Source: Chiloscyllium plagiosum
Lineage: Eukaryota
DNA length: 64,000 nucleotides
Assembly: GCF_004010195.1 (NCBI RefSeq)
Contig: NC_057719.1
Span: forward strand, 57,853,908 to 57,917,907
Direction: 5' to 3'
Shown piece after piece: positions 12,871-23,912 of the stretch. Positions within the stretch are counted from its first letter, which is position 1. The number at the start of each line of letters is the position of its first letter. The notes below the pieces were generated by a model, which saw only the letters and a program-made list of their open reading frames with translations, ran no database searches and was not told the origin of the DNA. The position numbers and the translations under genes were made by a program.

Positions 12871-13899
12871 TCCTCCAAGGTGGACTTCGGGATACGCAAC
12901 AAATCTCTTAAATCCACTGCATAAGCAACTTCCAACTATTGCACCTGCTGAATTCTGATTTTAAGCTTTCAACTTTTCTTTTACCTTTGGAAAGAGAATC
13001 TCTTGCAACAGGCCTGCAACAATAATGGATTGATTCTTCTTTCACATTTTATCCATATTTACATTTTCTCTTCGTACAGTATTTTATGTAATGACTGCAT
13101 TATTTCTTACTTAGTAATTTTCAGTCATGGTTGTATCATAAACTAATCTTTGTTCTTATTTAAAACTAAAGTTGTACTGCTGGTTGTTTTTCAGTTGAAA
13201 CACACACAAAAAAACAAGCTACACGAATCCACAGTTCACAGGCCATACTTCAGACAAGCCTGACAATCATGATGGACATAAGTGAGAAATAACATTGGTA
13301 GGGCTCCAAACTTTAAAGATTATAATCCCCCAAGCCTTCTTTGTGACTCTGATTTGATTGGTGAAGATTTTGCAGACTGGTGAGCATCGGCTTTCTGACT
13401 GACAAGAGACAGATGTGACGCTCATCACAGATTCAGCCTGACATTGTGATCTGGTGTCATGAAGATCTAACTGTGTGTTTCTTCCTAAGTGGGATTCCAT
13501 CTTTACCTGTCCCAGGAAAATTGGTGAAATGACGGACGGACAATATGACGGACAGGCATATTGTCTATGAACATACCAGCCTGCTAAATTCCAGAACTTC
13601 TATCTGAACTTTAACCAAGTGAACCTCTGCAAGATTTTTATGGATCTTCATTAAGCCACCTTGTAGATTTTCTGGTTTTTCAAATTTGTGAGTGACTACA
13701 ATCTAAGGCAACAGTTCAAAAGAAAAATTCAAAAGCATTTTGAAATCTTTGACTTAATTGTCCTTGAAGCAATTACAATTTTAAATTTATCTGCTTTAGA
13801 CATAGCCATAGCAACGAAAATCATCGAAGTATCTAATAGTTAAAGTAGTAGATCTACTATCAAAGAAAAAAAATTATGAAGCAATTGGAGAAAGCGATT

Positions 13900-14420
13900 A
13901 GCTGAATTCTTGAATCACTATACTTTGGTGAAGGTACACTTATTGCAAGGTGGCATCATGATTTTTATACAACAGTGAAGGAATAGCGATATTGTTCCAA
14001 ATGAGGATGGTGTGTAATGTCATTTGCTCTTGTTTTTCTAGGTGGTATTGTCAAAGAAGGATTGATGAGTTGCTGTAGTGTGTCTTATTGAAGTCTTCAT
14101 TGCTGTTACTGTGGGCTAACGACAGACAAAGTGAATGTGGTGGATAGGGTGTCAATCAAACCAGTTACTTTGTCCTGGATGATGTCGTATTTCAAGTATT
14201 TGGAGCCAAACTCATTCAGACAACTGGATAGTATTTCATCACACTCCTAAATTATGCTTTGTAGATGGTGGACAGGCTTGGAGGAGACTGGAGTTAGGTG
14301 ATCTGCTCTTATGGATATGATACTTATGTGGCTGGTACAGTCCACGTGATAGAAATGGATAATCTCCAGCAACATTAATAATGGGGAATTCAGCAATAGT
14401 AATGCTGCTGAAGTCTCTCT
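13900..14420 (-). mobile_element. LINE 3' fragment (family of 4610-5610)
   Basis: Reverse-complement similarity to 5000-5400. Confidence 0.65.
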
Positions 14421-14424
14421 TTTT

Positions 14425-14766
14425 GGAGATCATAGAATCCCTACAATGTGGAAGCAAGCCATTTGGCCCACCAAGTCCGTACTGACTCTCTGAAGAGCAT
14501 CCCACCCAGACACCACCACCCAACCCTAATCCTATCCCAATCACCCACAATTTACCATGGCTAGCCCACCTAGCCTGCACATCACTGGACACTATGGGCA
14601 ACTTAGCATGGCCAATCCAGCTAACCTGCATATTGTTGGACTGTGGAAGGAAGCCAGAGGACCCAGAGGAAACCCACACAGACAGAGACAGTCACCTCAG
14701 GCTGGAATTGAACACAGGTCCCTGGAAATGCGAGGCAACAATGCTAACCACTGAACCACCATGCCA
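14425..14766 (-). mobile_element. HE1-like tRNA-derived SINE
   Basis: Minus strand starts tggcatggtggttcagtggttagc (A box), has gttcaattcc (B box), central gggtttcctctgggtcctctggcttcc and a CR1-like tail. Confidence 0.85.
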
Positions 14767-15099
14767 TCTAACATTTTTATATTTGCCTAAACAGTTTTGA
14801 CTTCCCTACTTTTAAATATGTAAGCATATACACTCTGCATACACACACTATTAAAGTGTTACATTAATATTTGAAATGAATGAAACAGCGCCATGTGTGA
14901 GTTCATCTTCATATATGCATCTTAAATAAGTCATTTCTACATTTGCATACAAGTTGTCACTTCATTTTTAAGAGTACAAAATGCAATATCTTAACATTTT
15001 GTCTGGATTCCAGATACAAAAAATATACATCAACTCATTTACTTTGCTTCTGAGTCATGTTGTCACATCCTTCACTCTTTTTGAATAATCAGTTATAAT

Positions 15100-15518
15100 G
15101 GGGAGTGGTTATGTCACTGGACAAAAAATATAGAATACCAAATCAATATGCTGTGGTGACGGGCTTGAATCTGACAATGGTTAGAGATGAAAAAAACCTG
15201 TAGATACTGGAATCTAAAGTAGACAGGCAGATCTGACAATGGCACATCATGACATTTCATTTCAATAAAAAATTTGAATAAGAAGTTAGTCAATGGCAAC
15301 CATGCAAAAACTGCTGATTGTCATAAAAAACCCATCTGGTTCACTAATGTTGTTTAGGAAAAGAAACCTGCTGTCTTTCCTCAGTCTGGCCTACATGAGA
15401 CTCCAGATCCACAACAACATAGTTGATTCTTAACTGTCCTCTTGGCAATTAGGGATGAGCAATAAATGCTGACCTAGTTAGCAAGCCCTCATCCCATGAA
15501 CAAATAAGAAAAAAAAAC
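15100..15518 (+). mobile_element. Full-length tRNA-derived SINE with A-rich tail, carrying a 50-nt insertion
   Basis: gtggttatgtcactggac...cccatctggttcactaatg...catcccatgaacaaataag(a)n. Confidence 0.8.
15181..15230 (-). mobile_element. 50-nt Penelope terminal fragment with 12-bp TSD
   Basis: TSD atctgacaatgg at 15169-15180 and 15231-15242; gtagacaggcag matches the element at 53010. Confidence 0.75.
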
Positions 15519-17956
15519 TTTCATTTCTGGTATCTCATTCTCTCCTTCCTCTACACATTTATTCACTGGTGTGGAAATTCATGTCGCTCAAAACTAATGA
15601 GAATTAGACAACCTGTTGTAATCCATGCCTAGTAGTTCCATTGACTTCACTAGAACTGAGCACAAACCAGGATTATAACAAATTTTGATATAAGGTTTTT
15701 GAATATATAATATCCTGGGGCAAGTCGAATTTCTCTTCCTGTTGTCTTTGTTTTCAATCTCTTTACATACCTTTTTCTTTGCAGCTGGTCCAGTGGAAGA
15801 AGTGTTCATATACTTGTATGATATTTTACTGCCCTTAACTTTAGTGGAATTATTTACATAATTAAAGTAGGAGCAACTGCACTAAAATTGAACACACAAA
15901 AATATTATAGAAATATAGTTAGTGCTGCCATAAATATAGCTTATTAATGCTGCCATAAATAATTTCCATACTCTAACTTTCTTTTTATTGGCCTATATTT
16001 CTCACTGGTCAGACAGTCGCTACTCCACGGTAGAGACTTAGGAGGGTTCTGATGGGATTAGGTAAAGGTAAGCAAGCTACTCAGGAAATGTTAGTCAGTT
16101 AAGTAAACAGTCAAACTCGCAAATAACTATTGAACTGACCCCACACTTGCCTCACACACTCACACTATCAGAAGTCCTGATCAAAATCTCCTCTCAAATG
16201 CAGAGCTCCCTTCTTTCATACAAAAGAAAGGCTGGAATGCACAAGATGTCATTCCTTGCAAAATATGGACCAGTACGATTTTTGTTCCCATCATTCTCTC
16301 TGTAGGTTTTCTTTGCTCTTGTTTCAATTGTCTTCCTCTTAAGTGAAATCAGCTTGTGAATATAAAAATGTTGACCAGATTTATGGGTCACTTCTAAATA
16401 ACCAGCATAAATAACTATATGTTTCATATTGGTTCACAAATCATTCACTGAATTTGAGATTGATTTCAGGGTGTGTATAGTGCTCATAAATCCAAGGCAA
16501 TTTAAGATAAGCTGGAAGCCTCATTAGCAGATACCACAAGGATGGTTGGTGTAAGAAATGAAAATTATTATGAAGCTGGGTGAATCAGTTTACAATCCCA
16601 TGCACAATAAATCTAAACTGGGAGTATTTGATGTCCAAAACTGATGAACCAAAAAAGACTGTGCATCACTGCTGTCCCGCATAAATATCTTATTGTACTG
16701 ATAAAGGTTTAATAATTTCACTGGGTTATATAGATCTGTAATCACATAAGAAAATAAAAATAAAACAACATATTTTGCTCCAGAATTAAATTTTATAATG
16801 ATTGCCTTTATTCATAGAGAAATAATCATATAAACCCTGCTATTACTTTGTATCTATGACATTTCATATCAAGTACTCTCTGACAGATGATGCTGAGATT
16901 AAATCACCTATGGTCATTTTAAAATTTTTGAGATGATGAATAAATCTTTGAGAAAACTTTTATTATCTATTATTGCTCCTTGTGATTGAAATTCTCTGTG
17001 TGGAATTACAATATGGTTCTAAACATCAGAGTTTAATTTAGCCTAATGATACAAACATGAACTTCTAACTGAGTGAAGAGAGGTGGGGGAGGGTTGATCT
17101 GTGATACTATTAAAACTTCAGAGCATAAGATATCCCATAAATCAATTTAAAGGAGACATACTTCAAATTTCAGGTCAACCAATGGTATGTTGAACTGTAA
17201 TTGGCTTCCTGAACATTGACTCGTCACACTCAGCAGCTAACTGAAAGCTGATCACTCTCCTGAGAACAACATAAGGTAAGCACTTTAATGCTTTGCACAA
17301 GCCACAATAGTTAGGCAAAATAAAACTATACAGTTATTGAGAAAAGTGAATGGCCATATTAAAGAGCGTGAATGTAAAACAAGATACATGACCAAGAGTG
17401 ATAACTTAATCTGCAAACTCTGCATTATAGGTTTTGTAAAATATGGTGTTCTTTATACTTTTCTGTGATTAGCTTTCTATTAATTTTAAAATGTAAAATA
17501 GCCAATCAAAATACAATTTCTAACATCATCTATTTCAATTATTCCACAGATTCTGCCACAGGTAACAAGTCCTACAATGAGACTTGATCCTGGACCATCT
17601 GGCCCAGACGTAGGAACTCTACTGTTTCATCACAAGATCAGCAATGCTACTAATGTGAAAAACTGATACTTTCTTTTTTTTATTCCCTGTTGCCTAAGTA
17701 ACCATTAATTACACCCAATCTCATGCAGAAGTCAATAAGATCTGCATCTTAAAAGCAAATTTTCAATATTCCTCAGAAAAATATTGAAAAGTATAGGTTT
17801 CGAAGGCAATCCCTGGTTGCTGGTGAAAGGACACAACATCATCCATCCTGAGCTCAGTAGCAGCTTTGTTTAGAATTCAGAGAAGAAAGCAGCTCTTGCT
17901 AAAGCTTTTCATTTCCAGTTGATGGAAGTTTTTATTCAATGGAAATATTCACTTAA

Positions 17957-18480
17957 GTGAAGCAGGTCATCAGGAAGGCTAATGGAATGCTGGCCCTTAT
18001 TTCAAGTGGTTTGGAGGAAAAGAGTAGGAAAGTCATACTGCAACAGTACAAGGTGTTAGTGAGGCCATATCTGGAGTGCTTTGAATGGCTTTGGTCCCTT
18101 TATTTAAGAAAATATATTATTTTATTGGAGGCAGTTCAGAGAAAGTCTTCTGAGGGATTGTCTTCCGAGTAAAGTTCAAACACCACTCATTGGAATTTAG
18201 AAGAATGAGGGGTGATCACATTGAAATATATAGGATTCTTAAGGAATTTGACAGGGTAAAACTAGGAGGATATTTCCACTCCCGGGGGTAGGTACCAATT
18301 TCAGACTATGATTAGGAGGCACTTCTTCGCTCAGATATTTCAGAGTCTTTGAAATTCTTTGCCAGAGAGTTCCAGGCAGAGTCCTTACATATATTTAAGC
18401 TGGATAGATTATTGATCAGTAGGGAATTAAGTCATGGGAAAGGTCAGGAAATTGGGCATGAAGAGAGTCATCTCAGCAAC
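17957..18480 (+). mobile_element. Old CR1 3' fragment
   Basis: VIRKANGMLALIS.GLE.KSRKVILQQYKVLVRPYLE. Confidence 0.85.
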
Positions 18481-20504
18481 TTTTGTGAACAGGAACCACT
18501 GGTTAAGCAGTCGGTTCCATGTGTGAACCGTGCAGGTTTAGCAGTTTAGCTCCAGCAGTGCGGCTCTGCCAGTTTTAGCTTATTTAGCTTCAGTAATGCT
18601 CCTCTGCACACCTGGGAGTTCTTAATCTTTGACTCTGTTAACCTCCACCTCAGCTGAGTGCAAATTCTGTTTTGGAAAAATAAAACCCATTGAGTGCAAA
18701 TTTCCAGCTAGCTTGATTTAAAGACTTGTAAACATGGTTTTAGGCTTCTGCATATGTTAGACACCACAATGAAAAGAAAATAAATACTTCCAAAATGCAA
18801 GAAAATAAATGCATCACAAAGCTGCTTACTCTACCTCCACGAATGTCTGTAAAGTTCAATTTAGTAGTTTACCCCACCCCCACCTGACAGCTTGAGAGCA
18901 TAACAATCTAGCTAAAAGGTAAAGGTTCAGAAGTCAGTCAGAACTGTCTTGTCAATTACCTTTTCTTATACAGTTATTTAATTCCAAAAACAACTATTTA
19001 CAAAAATAATTGATCTTAAACGCAGTTATTTAAGTTTATAGATGCCAGTAAGATACTGTCCTACAGAGATAATAAAATAACCCACTAATCACCCTTATGT
19101 TGCCACATGCACACAATCATCTTTGCTCCTAGTACTAGCACAAGAACAAGTTTATGCAGACTATAAAACTGTCAGCTCTCAATAAACAAATGTATCCCCA
19201 GTGGGTTCACTTTTGCTGTCTACAAACTTACTACAGTATCTAATCACCATTTATCATCTACAAAGTAACTAGAATATACAAGCACCACTTATCAAGACTA
19301 AAATAAATAAGATTTTACTATCAATGAAATAGGAAAATGTATTAAATGGATGGATTTAGAAAGTTAAGAATAATTAATTCCTCATCTAGACAGTGTTGGC
19401 AGTCAGGTGATTGAGTAACGTAGCATTTTCTAACAGGTAACTCAGTGCCTATTTATGAATTAAATGCAGATTTACATGAATGCAGACAGAATGTTTTTCT
19501 TTTATTTTCTAGTGTTAGTGTGGTCAACCTGTAAACTGCAAATCTGCCTGAAGCACGTCCATTATAAGTGAACATTCAAATGATGAGCAAAAAGAAGAGC
19601 ACTATATAAATGCTCTGCTAATGCAATGTTAAACTACATTATCTATATTTTGCCAAAGAATGATGAAGCTTTTCAGTTGAAGGACAAGAATTAACCATTG
19701 CACATATATCACTGAAAAAAAATCTCAGCTGGTATCTTATACATTTTCCCAGAAGGTGGAATTGATGAGAAATGGGAGAAGGAAAAAATACATATGTAGG
19801 ATGTCAATATCCTTTAACATTTTGCAAGATCATTAAATGCACAGAACAAGAGAATTCAGAGATATTACTTTTCAAAATAAGTAATTAAAATGAATGAATT
19901 AAAGATTAGTTATTAGTTAATAATATAATTTGTTGAACATTTAAAAGCCAATGGTAAAACCCAACTATGTAGATAATTCTAATTCAAGTGGATACTCAAA
20001 TGAAACTGGATATAGGTATAATTATAGCTCCAAAAATCAAAGACATCGTCACAAGACAAATCTACTGCAAGTTCAATAAAGCATAATTGGATCAACAGTA
20101 CAGAATTTAATGCTGGACATGATGTATGTAGAATATTCCTACATGCTGACTCAGAATGGATGCTTTATCTATTACTTTATCTTGGCTTGATTTAAAACAT
20201 TTGTGATAAGAGTGTCACGGCGAATTTCTACTTAAATGTCAGTAAAAAGAACTTTTAGGTCCCAGTGAATTTAAATTGGCAATACAAATCATGGTGCAGG
20301 GCCTGACTTGACTTGATGCAAGTGGAGTCAAGTTCAAGGCAAGTATTTGTCTCACATTTTCATGGTGCAATACAGAGATCTCCTGTTCACTTCTTCGCCT
20401 ATTTAGCCTCAATTTAACTGTCTAACTTTAGGGAAACAGTTTTGTCTATGCTTGAATTCAGGTGCAGGTAGTACTTTCTCCTATACAGTTCAGTTAAAGT
20501 TAGT

Positions 20505-20960
20505 GTAAAGAAAAAATTAAAGAGAGGGAAAAAAATTAACATTTCAAGTCAGTAACCCTTCATCAGAACTGGGAATATGTAGGGATGCAACAGTTCAACG
20601 GTGAGACAGGAAAAGGCCAGTCGGACAGTAAAGAATAAAAGGAAAGTTATATGATGGAACAGAAGGCAGGAGAGACTAAATAGCAAAGTAATGATATAAT
20701 GAAAAAGAGAGGAAAAAAAGCTTTGTATCATCAAAATAAACCTTTCCCTCTGCAGTACTCTAGTCCACTCCTCAATCACCCCAATCCAATCTCTTTCCTT
20801 TGGCATCTTACTATGCAAACACAGGAGTTGAAACATCTGCTCTTTGACATCTTCCCTTGTCAGTGCCTAAGGCCCCCACATATTTTCCATGTACAACTGT
20901 GATTTACTCATGCCTGTACTTCTTTCAGTTTAGTAGACTGGATTCACTATTCATCCATAA
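20505..20960. mobile_element. Decayed Penelope-like fragments with hammerhead motif (minus, 20534-20570)
   Basis: Minus strand aguu CUGAUGA AGGGUU ACU GACUU GAAAUGUU aauu; downstream plus-strand segment resembles the pre-GIY-YIG region at 30100-30320. Confidence 0.6.
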
Positions 20961-21047
20961 CTTCATGGCATGTTGACATGCTCATTCTGTTAAAAGAATG
21001 ATTTCTAATTAAAGGACCCACATAATGATTCAGCAAACCTAACAAGT

Positions 21048-21976
21048 AGGTGGATTTCTCAGGCAGTACTAAATGCAAGAAAGGAAGGGAGACATGGAAA
21101 GGCTGAACCACTTAGTGTCTCACCCTTACTTGGAGATCCTGTTGTGGAATTTGAGGAGCTACTGAAGGAAGAGGACAACCTCTCCAACCAAGCAGGCATG
21201 TTGAAGTGGCGATAGAAATCATCAACAAGAGTGTAATCTTTCCAACCTGGAGACAGAACACCTAGAGAATCCAGGATTTCAGAAGGTCGTGATACTTTTG
21301 GATGGCAAGCCACTCATTCTGACTAGCCCAATACTCCACAGAACTACACATCTTGCAGTGCCAGACCCTGTGTTGAGGATGCCACCTCCTTCCAACTCAA
21401 TCTCAGTGTCCATCACCTCTGTCCTATGGATAGGCTGAGAAGAAAGTAGCTGGTGGTCTTACTACTGCTGCTGGAGCAATTGTGGTCTTGCAACTCTGTT
21501 TTTGACCCTCAGTGGAAAGGCAAAAGCTGTTCCCATGCTGCAGTGACATTTGGCTGCAGAAGGCAAATAAGTACCAGACAGCTGAAGTGCTTTCCAAGAC
21601 ATTGACAATTATCTGACCAGAGAAAACATGTGGAACAACGGTTTTTTGAATGCCATGGCTGGAGTTCCTCAATTTTGCTGCTCAATACCTTCATAGTTTT
21701 TTATCATGGTTTCACTTAAAATGACCTTCTAATGTTCTATCAATTTTCTGGCTGTGAAGGATTGCCAATATATCAGGGAATGGGTCCCATAGCTGGGAAA
21801 TCCAGATTTCAAGATTAAAGCACATCATGACTGACTTCTTGACAACTTCAAAAGCTACTCTGTCAATAGCCAGAAGAGATAGGATCATGTCATGATTGCC
21901 TCCTGATGCCAATTTGATGTTTTTTCCCAATCCACCAAACATGAATCACATCGAACAGTTTGGGAGAATCCTGCCA
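21048..21976 (+). mobile_element. Possible PIF/Harbinger-derived element with decayed Myb/SANT-like coding remnant
   Basis: Imperfect terminal inverted repeats ggtggatttctc / gagaatcctgcc; remnant ttggagatcctgttg (LEILL) and gaagtggcgatagaaatc (EVAIEI). Confidence 0.45.
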
Positions 21977-23404
21977 ATTAACTCTGCTCCTCTCTCTGTA
22001 CAGATGCTGCCAGACTGACTGAATATTTGCAGTATCTTCTGTTCTTACTTTAGATTCTCAGTGTCCATAGTGGTTTTCTCCCACAGAATCAAATGGCTCT
22101 ACTTGACAAGATATTATCTACATCTTCTAGTCTCAGTCGGCAGGTCGGGCAGCATTTGGACTGAGACCAATAACTGCAGCATACCTGCAATTTTAAGCAC
22201 ATTGATTTTCATTGAATGATCAATGCACATCATTGATCAACTAATCTCTGAAATTAGGGCCACATGAGTTTTTAGTCTTCATCAGCTACACAGTACATGC
22301 AATATGCAATGGGCAGCTTGTGCTGTTTAAATAGTTGTTCTAATTAATTTGCATTAATTGTAGGCTAATAGTCTACAGAACTTGAAGTTCCAGAGTGGAA
22401 ATTACAAAAGTACAAAGATTATATTTTTCTACAATTCTACAATCACAATTTAAGACAGAATTTGGGTCACATAAACTGCCTAAATGAATATGATACCTGC
22501 TCGCATAGTAATCAATGGAATGCCAAACACAACTATTCTTGAAATGAATTAAACTGCTATTTTCCTGACCCACCAGCAGCCACTCCTTGAATTCCTTTGT
22601 TAAAGTTATTGGTGTTTTTCATTGAACTTGAAGTAATCAGAGTATTTTGCAGCTTCCCTTCTCGAAATTTGATTCCAGTTGTCCTGCTAAGATGCATTTT
22701 TGAGTGGTCCATTCTGTCCTGCTAATTTAACATAAATAAGATCCTGTCAAATCTATCACATTCTTTGCTTCATGAACTCAAATCAGACTGCCAGTTCTAA
22801 TTGTACACCCCTTTACTCTCAAGGTATGCATCTTCAAACTTTTCCTGACCTGTGTTATGTTATCATAACAATTTATCTTACTCCAGATCAAACATTCTTA
22901 GAACATGAAAGTTTGCCTCACTCATAATATCACACCAGATGGTCCTGTTATCCTTTTAGCAATACTTAAGGTTATAGAAGCTAAAATTAATTGTCAAGTT
23001 ATTATCACCTTTAACGTTTATACCTAACCATCAACGATGAAACTCACCTTGGCCAGTTCACATGCAGATCTGGTTGTCTATGTCACAATCTATAGTTCTG
23101 CCCCCCAGCAAATCATTTGGTCTTGTCTTGAGCATCTCCAAAGTTTTCACATGAATGTGTGCAAAATCATGTACTTTAAAATGGGTTGATATTTTGATAT
23201 ATCACCAAAATTACACTAAGGGCTATCCGCCTCTCTAGTGTCTAATTACATTGTAATTGATGCCTGAAAATCTTTCCATTTTCTCACAAATTCCTCATAG
23301 TTTTGACATCTACCCAGTCACTTCTTACTTTGCATAAACATCCTTTCTAGAATTATTCAAATTTATGCTCTAACATATGGGTGATTATGAGATGAGCAGT
23401 AAAA

Positions 23405-23660
23405 CTTCCATTGCACTATTCTGAAGTAGTTCTGGTGAGTTATCCCCAAGTGTCCTGACAAATATTTTTCTCAATCATCATTATAACAATCAGATTGTCT
23501 GGTCACTATCACATTGTTATAAGATGTGCATTTGCTGAGCACAAATGAGTTTTGTCTTTCCTACATTGCAAAAGTGACTGCATTTCAAAACATACTTTTT
23601 TGGTTGTGGAGTGCCTTCAGCAGTGATCATGAAGAGATCTATAAATGCAACTTTTTTTTG
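23405..23660 (+). mobile_element. DeuSINE (SacSINE1/AmnSINE1-like) 3' half
   Basis: gtgtcctgacaaatattt...cagattgtctggtcactatcacattg...tttcctacattgcaaaagtgactgcatttcaaaa...tataaatgcaa resembles the recalled Deu domain and tail. Confidence 0.75.
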
Positions 23661-23684
23661 CCTTTTTGTTATAACAAAGTTTTC

Positions 23685-23770
23685 ATAGTCCAGCTAGATC
23701 ATAGAGCTGCTCTCTCAGTAGAGAGAGATGATTGGTGGTGGTTTAACCTGAGGGTAACCACACCTCAATC
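23685..23770 (-). mobile_element. SINE 3' fragment adjacent to the exon donor
   Basis: catagagctgctctctc...ggtggtggtttaacctgagggtaacc; same family as 12730. Confidence 0.55.
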
Positions 23771-23828
23771 TTCAAAAGTTTCATAGCCACAAATCAACTT
23801 CTTGAATAATTAGAATCAAATACTGTAC

Positions 23829-23912
23829 CCTTCCTGATGAAACATTGTTTTAAAGCAGTGGCCAAGACTCCTGTAACTGGTGGCATCACCTTGTCCTCTT
23901 TGAATTTGGAAC
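23829..23912 (-). CDS. slc25a21: Internal coding exon (exon 3 by analogy to human) of mitochondrial 2-oxodicarboxylate carrier
   Basis: Minus strand reads ttttcttttattcctAG|G TTC CAA ATT CAA AGA ... CAG GAA GG|GTacag, 84 nt, phase 2 at both ends. Peptide (R)FQIQRGQGDATSYRSLGHCFKTMFHQEG aligns with recalled human SLC25A21 RFQIQRCATDPNSYKSLVDSFRMIFQMEG, the SLC25 carrier signature region. No neighbouring exons were found in the window. Confidence 0.92.

Noticed and set aside
13088..13815. Possible solo LTR beginning tgtaatgac
   Set aside because: No convincing CA end with a matching TSD.
14690..14766. tRNA gene
   Set aside because: A and B boxes belong to a SINE head; no full cloverleaf is evident.
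15922..15961. Direct repeat tgctgccataaata, and atgacggac duplication at about 13528-13552
   Set aside because: Two-copy micro-duplications; no array or CRISPR-like spacer structure.
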